This document shows positions 29,727-41,000 of a stretch of 54,765 nucleotides of DNA, piece by piece (positions within the stretch are counted from its first letter, which is position 1; every line of letters begins with the position of its first letter). The translations under genes and the position numbers were made by a program. The stretch is from a virus (taxonomy: Duplodnaviria; Caudoviricetes): positions 1-54,765 of the IMG/VR virus record IMGVR_UViG_3300025769_000149, one strand, 5' to 3'. The notes below the pieces were generated by a model. It ran no database searches. It saw nothing but the letters and a program-made list of their open reading frames with translations, and was not told the DNA's origin.

Positions 29727-30565
29727 GTTGGATAATGGCCGGAATTGCTGCGGTTGGTGCTGTGACGCAAGTTGTGCAAGCCGTAGACCAAGGTATAAAA
29801 TCAAAGGAAGCTAAAGAAAGAGCTGAAGCTGCGGAAGCGGAGCTAGACAGGCAAACAGAGATGCTGGATATGCTCGATACTAGTAACCCGTATATGAACA
29901 TGGAAAACGCTTTTGAAGATTTAACTGTTAACATGCAGCAGGCTGAGTTTGAGAGATCACAAGCTCTTCAGTCACAAGCTAATATTATGGATCAATTTAG
30001 AGAAGTAGCTGGAAGTTCTGGTATAGCATCGTTAGCACAGTCGCTAGCACAGCAAGGTCAACTCCAAGCGCAACAATCGGCCGCGTCTATTGGTCAGCAA
30101 GAAGCAAGAATAAACCAGCAAATCGCTGGCGAAGCCTCAAGAATACAGGACATGGAGCGTGAGGGAGACGTGATGTCTAGACAAATGGAGTTTGGTAAGC
30201 TAGAAACTAAAATAGGATTAACCGCAGAAGAAATAGCTAGAGAACGACAGCTACAATATGGCCATAGCGCTCAAGCAGCTGAATCAACTCAAGGTGCTGT
30301 TGAAGGTCTGGGTGACGCCGCGTCTGTGGCTGCTGCATCAGGAGCGTTTTCTGATAGAAAGTTAAAGACAGATATTGAGAAAATAGGTAGATCACCTAGC
30401 GGATTAACAATATACTCGTTTAAGTTTATAGACAAGTCTTTTGGAGAAGGTGTGTGGCAAGGCGTTATGTCAGATGAAGTACCTCAAGAACTTGTGACTA
30501 AACATTCTAATGGCTATGACATGGTTGACTATTCTAAACTAGACGTAGAATTTAAACAGATTTAA
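29723..30565 (+). CDS. internal virion/ejection protein with C-terminal peptidase S74 (intramolecular chaperone) domain
   Basis: hydrophobic N-terminus, Gln/Ala coiled coil, then FSDRKLKTDI...QGVMSDEV...GYDMVDY. Confidence 0.75.
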   Translation: MSWIMAGIAAVGAVTQVVQAVDQGIKSKEAKERAEAAEAELDRQTEMLDMLDTSNPYMNMENAFEDLTVNMQQAEFERSQALQSQANIMDQFREVAGSSGIASLAQSLAQQGQLQAQQSAASIGQQEARINQQIAGEASRIQDMEREGDVMSRQMEFGKLETKIGLTAEEIARERQLQYGHSAQAAESTQGAVEGLGDAASVAAASGAFSDRKLKTDIEKIGRSPSGLTIYSFKFIDKSFGEGVWQGVMSDEVPQELVTKHSNGYDMVDYSKLDVEFKQI

Positions 30566-30566
30566 C

Positions 30567-32072
30567 ATGGCTGAAACTACAAGAAGCGGTAACATATACA
30601 GCATGTCCTCTCACACGCTTGATAGGATAAGTAAAATAAGGGAGGCTGACGAGGCTTTGTTCGATGAGGATAGAGTTAGGCTTGGTGATATTGGTGAATC
30701 ATTTTCTGAAGCAGGAACTAATGTTATGAACGCCAAAAAGTTTACGGATGATATAAATTCTATAAACGAACGCGCTGGATCTATGTTAACAACAGAAGAT
30801 CATGATGCCCTACGTATCCAGTTGGAGGATATGAAAAATCAAAATTTAGAGGGAATATTAAGCGGCGATAAAGGCACACAGCAAACACAAAGAAACGCTT
30901 TAAATACTGTACAAACGGACATTATGGGTTGGCAGGAAATGGGTAAGAACTTACCGGAAATACAGAAAACCGGTTGGTCAATGAGCATGAGCGAAGATGA
31001 GCGACATGTCATAGGCCAAATGGCAGCTGGCAAAGGTAGGATGAAGCTTGGTGAAGGTGGTAAAGTCACGTTTGAAGTAACAATGCCTGATGGTAATACG
31101 ATTGAGTTAGATAGAACTGCGTTTGATAATATAGTTACCGAAAATGTTAAACCCTCAGAATTTATAAATAACAGAGCGAAGTTTAGTCAAAGTGTAGAAA
31201 ACTCTGGATATGAGGGAGGCGAGTTTGATCAAGAAGAAAGATTAAGTAGTAATTTAGAAACTATACAAGGTCCTAACGCGCCCAGGTTAAGCTCTTTAAT
31301 GAAAGATAAAAACATTATATACGGAACTAACAAGAGCGTTGTAGACATGCTACCTGAATCACCTTGGCTACAGTCACTTAATATACCTGTTGACAAAGAT
31401 AATGCTTATGATGAAAATGGAGATGGTGTATTAACTATAGAGGATTTCCAAGGCGAAGATATTAACAATCTAGTCGACTTATTAGAGCAACCAGAAAACC
31501 AAGATTTAGCATATCAAGTTATTGCTGAGATGATGACATTAAATGATAAGGGTAATTGGCAAAAAGGTAAAGACAGAAAAGCAGCGGAAGAAGAAAAAGC
31601 TGGTATAGAATCTAATGAGCCTGTGGTAGAAGAAGGAGACACTTCAAGCCAAACTACAGAAGCAGCTGATTTAATTAACGAAGCTTTAGGTGGAAATACA
31701 ACGCAGACTGATACAACATTACCTGATGCGGTATCACCTGACGATACCTTTATTTCAGAGGGTACAATAGCCACGGAAAGTGGTGGTAAAATAGTAGCTA
31801 CGACGCAACCTATTAAACCAACGTTTGAAGAAAGTTTAAAAAAGCTAGAGGGTACAGTTTACGAAGGCGATGATATTACTCAACTACAAAGACGATTTGA
31901 AAGACAAGCTAGAAGCAATGGCATGTCGCAGGTTGATATAGACAAACTGTTTAAAGGTGGTGGTCCAGCCATAATAACTAAATTACCAAACGGTAAATAC
32001 ACAGTTAGACTAAGAACTGATGCTGACGCAAATTTACCTCGCCAACGTCCAACAGGAGAACCAGTAGAATAG
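30567..32072 (+). CDS. internal virion/ejection protein
   Basis: 501 aa, helical and acidic, between ejection genes; EF-hand-like DENGDGVLTIEDF. Confidence 0.65.
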   Translation: MAETTRSGNIYSMSSHTLDRISKIREADEALFDEDRVRLGDIGESFSEAGTNVMNAKKFTDDINSINERAGSMLTTEDHDALRIQLEDMKNQNLEGILSGDKGTQQTQRNALNTVQTDIMGWQEMGKNLPEIQKTGWSMSMSEDERHVIGQMAAGKGRMKLGEGGKVTFEVTMPDGNTIELDRTAFDNIVTENVKPSEFINNRAKFSQSVENSGYEGGEFDQEERLSSNLETIQGPNAPRLSSLMKDKNIIYGTNKSVVDMLPESPWLQSLNIPVDKDNAYDENGDGVLTIEDFQGEDINNLVDLLEQPENQDLAYQVIAEMMTLNDKGNWQKGKDRKAAEEEKAGIESNEPVVEEGDTSSQTTEAADLINEALGGNTTQTDTTLPDAVSPDDTFISEGTIATESGGKIVATTQPIKPTFEESLKKLEGTVYEGDDITQLQRRFERQARSNGMSQVDIDKLFKGGGPAIITKLPNGKYTVRLRTDADANLPRQRPTGEPVE

Positions 32073-32088
32073 AATAAAATAAAGCAAT

Positions 32089-35000
32089 ATGAATCCAGAA
32101 CTAGAACGTCTTGTTCAAGAAAAGATTGATGCCGCGAAAGCTGCTAATGAGGGTGTGTTAAGCGAAGAAGCTAAAGCTGACATAATGAAATTCGTACAGC
32201 AGTACAAAGAGGACGAGCAGATAAAAAAAGATCAAGACTCTCAGCCAGGCCCAGGCGGGGAGTCAACGACTTCAGGGCAACCAGACGCTTCACAGTCTAC
32301 TACGGAAGTGAGTACAGACGACTCTTCATTGGAGCAAGAAGATGAGGATCAAGTAGTTGTAGATGGTGATAGTGAAGAAGAAGTTATAATTGAAGACCAA
32401 AACCAAGAGGAGGAGGTTGTAGTTGAAGAGCAACAAGATCCACCTAAAATTATTTCAGATAGAGGAGATGGATGGGAGTATAAAAGAGAAAACGGCATAT
32501 ACTACACTAAAAAAGCAGGTGCGTCAAGTTGGACGAAAACTTCAGGAGATGTAGCTAATACAATAGCCAAGGAGATGTTCCCTGAGTACGGAGAATTTGT
32601 AGACAAAGTTGATGCTGATTATGTTGAAGGCGATGGTGCGGATCAGCCGGGTATATTTGAGGGTATTGAGGATAAATTCACTCAAGACCTTAAAACTAAT
32701 ATTAAACGAGAGTATGAAGGTGAATCTAACTACTCTTCTTCTACTGTAGCTGGAGATTTTAAGGGCACCGCAGCTTTTCCTAACTTACAAGCAAGTCACA
32801 GCAACGATAATAGATATTACGTCGAACACGCTGCTGTGTTTAGACCAGACGGTGGATATTTAACAATATCGGACGATGATGAAACAGGTATAGATCGCAC
32901 TGTAGATAATGTTACAGAATGGTATAATACTGGCGATAACAGTCAAATAGCGTCTAATCCTATATGGTCTTTGTTTGAAAGGAAAGATAATGGTAACGCA
33001 GACCCAGCATTTGGTGGTTCTGAAGCTATATTTGGCATGGCTAAAAATAAGGCGGGCGAAGAATACGGCTATCAATTTAATGATGTTGAAGGTATGAACG
33101 AGGCACTTAGTGTTTCTGGATATACTATTGAACCAATTTATCCCGTGCAATATATGAGCAAAAACATACACGGTGAATATATGCTTGATCAATGGTCTAC
33201 TAATAATAGATACAACCAACAAAAAGGAAGACATGGAGTAGTTATAAGAGGATATAGAGTATTAAAAGACGGCGAAGTTGTTTTAGGAGAAGCTCCTGAA
33301 GGTTTTGAAGGCTACAATCCTAACCCTTTAGGTGAAGATGAAGCTAATGAAATTGGTGGTACGATGAACAATAATTACGCTGGCGTAAGTAGTGCTGAAG
33401 TACAAAACTATTTTTGGAACTTAGCGAAAGATTTTCATGAAGAAAATGGATTTGGCTATGATGATGAAGGTAATCCTACCGTAAACTTTCTGCAAAAGTC
33501 AAGAGAGTATATGGTTGGAAGAGAAGCTGAAGTACTTAGTGGCATTGATGCTGAGCTGTCTGACTTTGAAGATAAATACATTATCACTCGTGATGATCCA
33601 TCAACGCTTGACATAGATGAAACAGAATACAGCGACACTGCTACTAGGTTAGCTTTTAAAAACAACGACATTCTAACGAAGGATGTGGTTGGTGTTATAC
33701 TAGAAGGCTCAGACTTACCACAAGAAGAAGTAGATTTAATAAGCAATTATTTTAACGAACCTATATACTACACAACAAAGACAGAGAAGAATATAAAGGG
33801 AAGGACGTTCGTCGAAACTAAAGAAACACTAGCTTCAGATTGGCAAAAGCAAAGGCTTGACAACGTGCTTGAGTCTGACATGTATAAGAGCTTATCGCCT
33901 GAAGGTCAAGAGGTAGTTAGAAATTCATTGACAGCAGGATCTGAGATGATAGACATCATGGTAGGCGCTGCTGTAGACGAACAGGTTGCTAGACGTAAAA
34001 GTATATTGCTTGAAAGAGAAATAGCAAACTCTCCTGACGCTAATATAGTAAGAGGTGTTATAGACGAAAAAACAGCGCCTCACAATATACAAGCTAAGAT
34101 CAATGCTTTTAGTGCGAGACAATCTACTATTGAAAACCATTTAAAGCAAAAGAGTGACACTTTAGCCACAACTATCAATGGCGCTTTAGCTGATGTTGCT
34201 GAAGCAGGATATGGATATCATTCTGAGGGTAATGTTGAAGATGGTACATTTAGGCTTATAGTAGATATGCCTGAAGATGGTAGCGAAGAGGATCGCAAGG
34301 TGTTTCAGAAGAGAATTGACGACTTATATGGTCAATACGAGACTATAAATTCAGACTATATGAATGGTCTTAGAGGTGAAATGCTTAGCTACTTGGAGTT
34401 TGTTAATGAAACTCAAGACAATGCGGCAACGCTTGCTACTGTTTCAAAAGAATTTGATGAGCGCGACGTTCAGTGGAAAGACTGGATGGACGCTTGGAAG
34501 GGTATGTGGTGGGGTACTACGGCTTTTTTTGGTAGCGAAGAAGGTATGGCGGGCTTGCAAAGAATAGATGACAGAGGCGAGGTATATAGAACCATGCTTA
34601 CTGGTAGTGAGGCTTGGGCTATTGGTCAGAAAGGTGAGTATGCGTCTAGAACTTTCACACAGCAATTACCAAACCTACTTGTAGCTGTCGGTACAGGTGG
34701 TGTAACTTCTACTGGGTTGAAAGCGCTTGGAGCTTCAGCTAATGTTATAAAATACGGAAGCTCAGCAACCACTGGTTTTGGTGTATTTGGAACTGGATCT
34801 GCAGGCCAAAAGAAAAAGCAGATATACGACATGCGTACTGCTGGAGAAGAGGCTCAAAAGCAACTTACTAATTTAGAAGCGCAATATAAAAACGGCGATG
34901 TCTCAACAGCTGAATATTTAGTACAAAAGGGGCAGTTAGAAAAAACTATTGCTCTTGGAGATATAGATGATACAGAACTGTATACAGCTATGGCTTCAGC

Positions 35001-38000
35001 TCTTGTTATTGAAGGTGGTGTAACTACGTTCTTTGGTACAGCTATAAACTCTCAAAAGTTATTAAAAGCTTTTGGAGGTGAAGTTGATGACGTACTTAGA
35101 ACAGCAACTAATACGTGGTATCAAAACGTAGGTAGAGGTATTTTTGCTACTGCTAAGGAAACAGGTAGTGAAGTTATTGAGGAAAGCTTAATATTCTTTG
35201 GAGATCAAATGGCAGGTAGTTTAATACTAGGCCAAGACGCGGATTACTCTGGAGCTCTTGACGTAGTTATGTCTTCTATTATATCAGCTGGCCCAACTCA
35301 AGGTTCAGGTAACGTGTATAACGCGTTTACGTCTACAATGGCAACTAGTGATACTAGAGCTGTCTATAATGACGTAATGACGAACCTAGACATGATTACC
35401 GCCAGCATGGAAAGAGCCGCAACACCAGCTGAGAAAGCAGCTCTTAAAGTAGATTATCTTCAAGAGGTAGGTAGACTATCTAACCTGCAAGCCGGTTTAG
35501 AGCTTGACGTTTTGGTTGGTGGTTCAAAGACCTTGAAAACCACACTGGAAGCTAATAAAGCTTTATTAAAAATACATCAAGAAGCTGGTATTAAAGGATC
35601 TGATTCGCAAGCTACAATAGATAAAAAACTAAAGGCGTATAGAGCTACACTAAGCGGTGGTGATTTAAAGTCTTTTGATCAAAGATTATCTAGCGCTCAA
35701 AATAGAATTAGCCAAACACATGCCGAGGTTGCTCAGGCGTACGAAGACGGTAATGTGGTAGAAGATGTATATGGCGAAGAAGGATTAAAGGTACAAGAAA
35801 GATTATCTAAAAAACCTGGTTGGGAGCAGTTGTCTAACAGAGAAAAAGCTGTTGCTGTTCATACTGAAATGCAGCGTAAAGCTAGAAACAATAGAATCAA
35901 CTCACATCGTAAAGATGAGAAGTTAATGGACTACGTAGAGCTGCAAGTTTATGGAGGTAAGTTTAGCGAAAGCGGTAGAAAAAACAGAAACCGTAAAGCA
36001 GAAGATGCTATAATAGACAGGTACGCTACTGATCTTCAAGTTCGTAAAGGTTGGACTACTATGCAAGCTCGTGAGGGTAACGTATCTTTAGAATCTATAT
36101 TAGCTGACCCAAGCGTCGCTGGTAACTTTGAGGTAATACAAGCGGACTCTAACGAGGACTTAATGGCAAAGCTTAAGCAAGAGTTTGATAATGGTAATAT
36201 TACTGAAGACGAGTATAACGCGCTTAGAGATGATATGCAAGACATGTTTAAGTCTTCTACTAAGGATGGTGTTGAGTTTGGTGCTATTGTAGGTGGTAAG
36301 TATATAACTATGGCTGATACACAGCAGGTCCAAGACGCGTTAGATAACGGGGAAATGCTTCAGGGTACAGTAGCTCTTCACGAGGGTACTCACGCTATAG
36401 ATGTATTAAGCGGTATGAACGCTGAGGGTCAGATGGAAAACTTTGCCGTAAATTTACAGCAAGGTTTAGCTGCCGATGAAAATCTTAGATGGGTGGATCA
36501 ATCTGCTAGAGATAGAGTTAATGCGTTAAATCTTGAACCTGGTAGTCAAGAGTATTACGACGAGTACACAAAGTCTGTTCAAGATATACTTGGTAATAAG
36601 TACTACAAAAGTGAGTTTAACGCTGCTAAAAAAGCTGCTGGTAGAACTAGTTTACGCAACTGGTACAGAATGTCTACAGGTAAAGGCTTTACAATAAAGA
36701 CTGGCAAGGACGCACTTAATTTTATGGTAAGTAATATTGAAGCGTTTAGAAACGGCGAGGTTTCGAAGCTTACAAAAAGTAGAATTGAGGGCACGCTTGA
36801 TGGAGAGACTAGTAAAAAGAGATTTTCAAGATCTGGGCAAGAGGCATCTGAACGTGTGCAAGCTCTATACGAAGATCAAGGCGTAGGTGCTGCTATGGAT
36901 ATTATAGATGAGTTTGGTGCTAGAGTGAACAAGCTAGTTAATAAGTACCAAGATGTACCTGGCTTTGATAGGCAGTTACTGACAGATGAAATCAACACTG
37001 GTAGAAGAGGTATACTTGATATGATATTAGAGTACGATCAAGACGCAAATCCTGGAGTACCTGTTGCTGCTTATATCAATAAGTTCTTAGACAGAAGAGC
37101 TATTGAAGCTGCTAATAGAATACTTAAAACAGATTTTGAATCTGATGTTACTGAAGCTAGAGGCATAGCTGCTGAAGAAACAGCTGACGTAGATATACAA
37201 ACAAGAACTAGAGAGGGTATAAGGTTAGGTGATAGATTTGGAGAGAGAGGGCAAAGTATGCACGACAGCGTTGTTGAACGTGTTAAGAATGGAGACATCG
37301 ATACTGATGGTAAATCTTATAAAACATTAGGTAATGCTTTAGTAGACGAGACACAAGTCATGTTTGGTGTATCGCCTAAGCCTGGTAACCTTACTAAAGG
37401 TGATGTAGCTAACGCTCAAAACTTTATTCTCAAGCATGCCGATACGTTATTAGCGATGCTTCCAGAAGGAACAGATAGCTCTGGTAAATCAACAGGTGTT
37501 AATAAAGTTTTATTAGAATCTTTATATACTAAAGGCTCTAGAGTTTCCGCCTCAAAGACTGGGAGCAAAGCTGGTCTAGCAGCTCAAGTAAAACGAGGCG
37601 ATATAACAAAGCAAGAATTTTTAGAGATATTTGGTATTACACCGGCTGGTACGCCTAATGTAAGTGATCGTAACACTAGCGCTAGAGTAAAAGCGTTAAT
37701 AGATCAAACAGGCAAGGCAATAACTAATCAAGCCGCTAAAGAAGCTTTAATACAAAATGGTGAGGAAGGTGCTTTTGCGTTTGAAGACGGTAAATCAAAA
37801 GTGCTTTATTCTAAGACGCTGTTAGACACTTCAACAAAGTACCCTAAAATAGCTCAAGCAGTACTTAATAGATTGCATAGACCTGAAGGTTTAGATATAA
37901 TTAAAAGCTTGTCAGGCAATGTTAAGGGAGCTTTCAATAGCTTGTTTACAGAAGATGATATAAAAGCAATGGCTATGGACCAGTTTGGAAAAGCTGGTAA

Positions 38001-41000
38001 TAGAGAAATTAAACTAGTTACAGAAAGGCTAAACAAAATAGGTACGGAAATACAGGCTCTACACGATCAGTATAGCAAGTATCTTGATATTCAAGATCAG
38101 ACAGACTTTGTCATGATTGATACGCCTATTGAAGAAGTAATTCTCGGTCACGTAATTAATGATTCAACTGAACATAGACAGTATTACAAAACTATAATAG
38201 GCGCAGAAAACGAGCTGGATATGAGAAATCCAGAGCACAGAGACTTAGCTAGAAACGCTACTGGAAAACTGGCTGCCAAGTTTAGCCCTGAGTTTAATGA
38301 AAGGTTTTTAGTACCAGGTTTATCAGCTGCTACAAATCCTAAGCGAGGGTATTTCGTAGACGGTGTAGATGATACTAGGCTTTTAGTTGGTTCTAAAAAA
38401 GGTGAGACTGGTAAATACTCTAAGCCACCTTCAGGCTATATGAAGGGAAAGCTTGATAACGATGGCGTAAACAAAATAAAAAACAATAAAGCCGTAGTTA
38501 AAGCCCAGCAAGAAAACAATCAAGCGTTTAGACAGGTTGTTGAGGAGTTGAGGAATATGGTAGCCAATGGTGAAATAACTTTAGGTCAAGCAACAGCTAT
38601 ACTTCAGGTTATGAACGCAAACCAAAAAGGTTTAACTAGAGCTTCTGCTATATTAGACTTTGTTCCTTCAAAAAAGTTTAAAGGTCCAGCTACACTTGAG
38701 CATATGACACCAGCGCTGCAAGTAAACTTACAAGCGTTAAGATATATAGCAACTGGTGACGTTGATCAGAAAACAATGTTTGATCAAACTATGGATAACT
38801 ATAGGTTAGCTTATCTACCTGAAAAGTATGACAAGATTGTAAACTTATTCTACAAGTCAACCGTTCCTTACTGGCAGACGCCAGACATGTCTCCACTTGG
38901 TAGATACTACGGACCACAACTTCTTGCTGCTGGTTTTGATTTAGAGCTAGACATGATGTCAACTGGCGTTACGGTCGGTGGCGATGCTGGTATAGATATT
39001 AAAAACTGGAGAAAAGCTAACACTGGTAGAAAGAAAGCGCTAGGTAATTTAGCTGCTAACACTGATATAGCTACTGATCAAAAAACAGTTAATGACGCTA
39101 GACAAGCCGTTAAGTTTTCTAGATCTGGTAAAGTAAAAGGTATGACCGCGTGGGATTTTGACGACACGTTGGCTACTACGAAGTCTAATGTTATATTTAA
39201 TAAGGATGGTGAAACAAAAATAGTAAGCGCTGAAGACTTTGCAAAAGAAGGCGCTGGCTTAGTGGCTGACGGTTGGATACCGGACTTCTCTGAGTTTAAC
39301 AAGGTGACAGGTGGTAAACCTGGACCTATGTTTGATAAAGCTATGAGGCGTGCTAAAAAGTATGGTACAGAAGATACATACATACTTACCGCGAGAGCGC
39401 CTGAGGCTGCGCCTGCTATTAAACAGTTCTTAGACGCGCTAGGTTTAAATATACCACTTAAAAATATTACAGGATTAGGTAACTCTACTGGCGAGGCAAA
39501 AGCTAGATGGCTGTTAGATAAACACGCACAGGGATATAACGACATCGCGTTTGTTGATGACGCTATGCAAAACATTGATGCCGTAAACAAAGTGTTTAAT
39601 CAGTTTGATATTAAAGGTAAAGTTGAATTAGCTAAAACTAAGTTTAGTAGATCTGCGCCAACTGAGTTTAGTAAAATATTAAGTGAAGGCGAAAAAGATT
39701 TAAACGACGACTTTAATATTGTACTAGAAGAGTCTAAAGACGTAGGTAAAGAAAAAACTTTTTCTACTGCTAAAGCTAAACAACGCGGTAAAGGCAAAGG
39801 TAAGTTTAAATTTTTCTTGCCTCCATCTGCAGAAGACTTTAAGGGTTTAATATATCCTTTCTTAGGTAAAGGTAAGGTTGGTGAGCAGCACCATAAGTGG
39901 TTCAAAGAAAATTTATTTGACCCTTATTCTAAGGGTATGAAAAGAGTTAACGCTATTAAGCAAGAGGTTTCTTCGGATGTTAGAGCTTTAAAGCGTAATA
40001 ACAAAGATGTTACCAAAAAACTAAAGAAAAAAGTACCTGGCACAGACTTTACGTACGAGCAAGCTATAAGAGTGTACAACTGGAACAAAGCTGGTTTAGA
40101 CGTACCGGGTTTATCTAACGCTGATCTTAAAGCTTTAAACAAAGCTGTAAATGATAACCCTACTATAAAGCTTTTTGCAGAAGGTTTAGCGCAAATACAG
40201 AGCAAACCAGGCGCGGACGTCGATGTCAAGGAAGACTGGTTAGCGGGTACAATCACGTCTGACATGGTTGAGCTTATAGATCAGTCGAGAGACATGTTAC
40301 TTCAAGAGTTTAACGACAACGCTGATGTTGTGTTTAGTGAGCAGAACTTAAATAAAATAGAAGCTGTGTTTGGTTCGCGACATAGAGAGGCTATAGAAGA
40401 TATACTGTACCGCATGAAGACTGGTAGTACTAGAAACTTTGGCTCTAACAGAATACTCAATGACTTTATGAATTGGGTTAACGGTTCTGTTGGTACTACA
40501 ATGTTCTTTAACGCTAGATCAGCTGTGTTGCAGATGATCTCTAACGTCAACTTTATAAACTGGCACGATAACAACCCGCTAAAAGCCGCTAAAGCCTTTG
40601 CCAACCAAAAGCAATATTGGGGTGACGTAGCTATGATATTTAATTCACCTACGTTAAAACAAAGACGTGGTGGTATCGGCACTGACTTAAACGCGGCTGA
40701 GCTTCTTAAAGACTTAGAAAAGTCTGACAATAAGATGAAGGTAGTTACAAGCCATTTACTTCAGCTTGGTTTTACACCAACGCAGATAGCGGATAGTTTG
40801 GCTATTGCTACAGGTGGTGCTACAATGTACAGGAATAGAATCCAAACGTATTTGGATGAAGGTATGAGTCAGAACGAGGCTGAGTCTAAAGCTTTTGAAG
40901 ATATGATGGACATAGCTGAAGAAACTCAGCAGTCTACTAGACCAGATAAAATATCTCAACAACAAGCCTCTCCACTTGGTAAGTTAATACTTGCTTTCCA

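Noticed and set aside
39154-39171. DFDDT as the catalytic DxDxD motif of a crAss-like virion RNA polymerase
   Set aside because: It is DxDxT followed by HAD motifs II and IV; no double-psi-barrel RNAP context was seen
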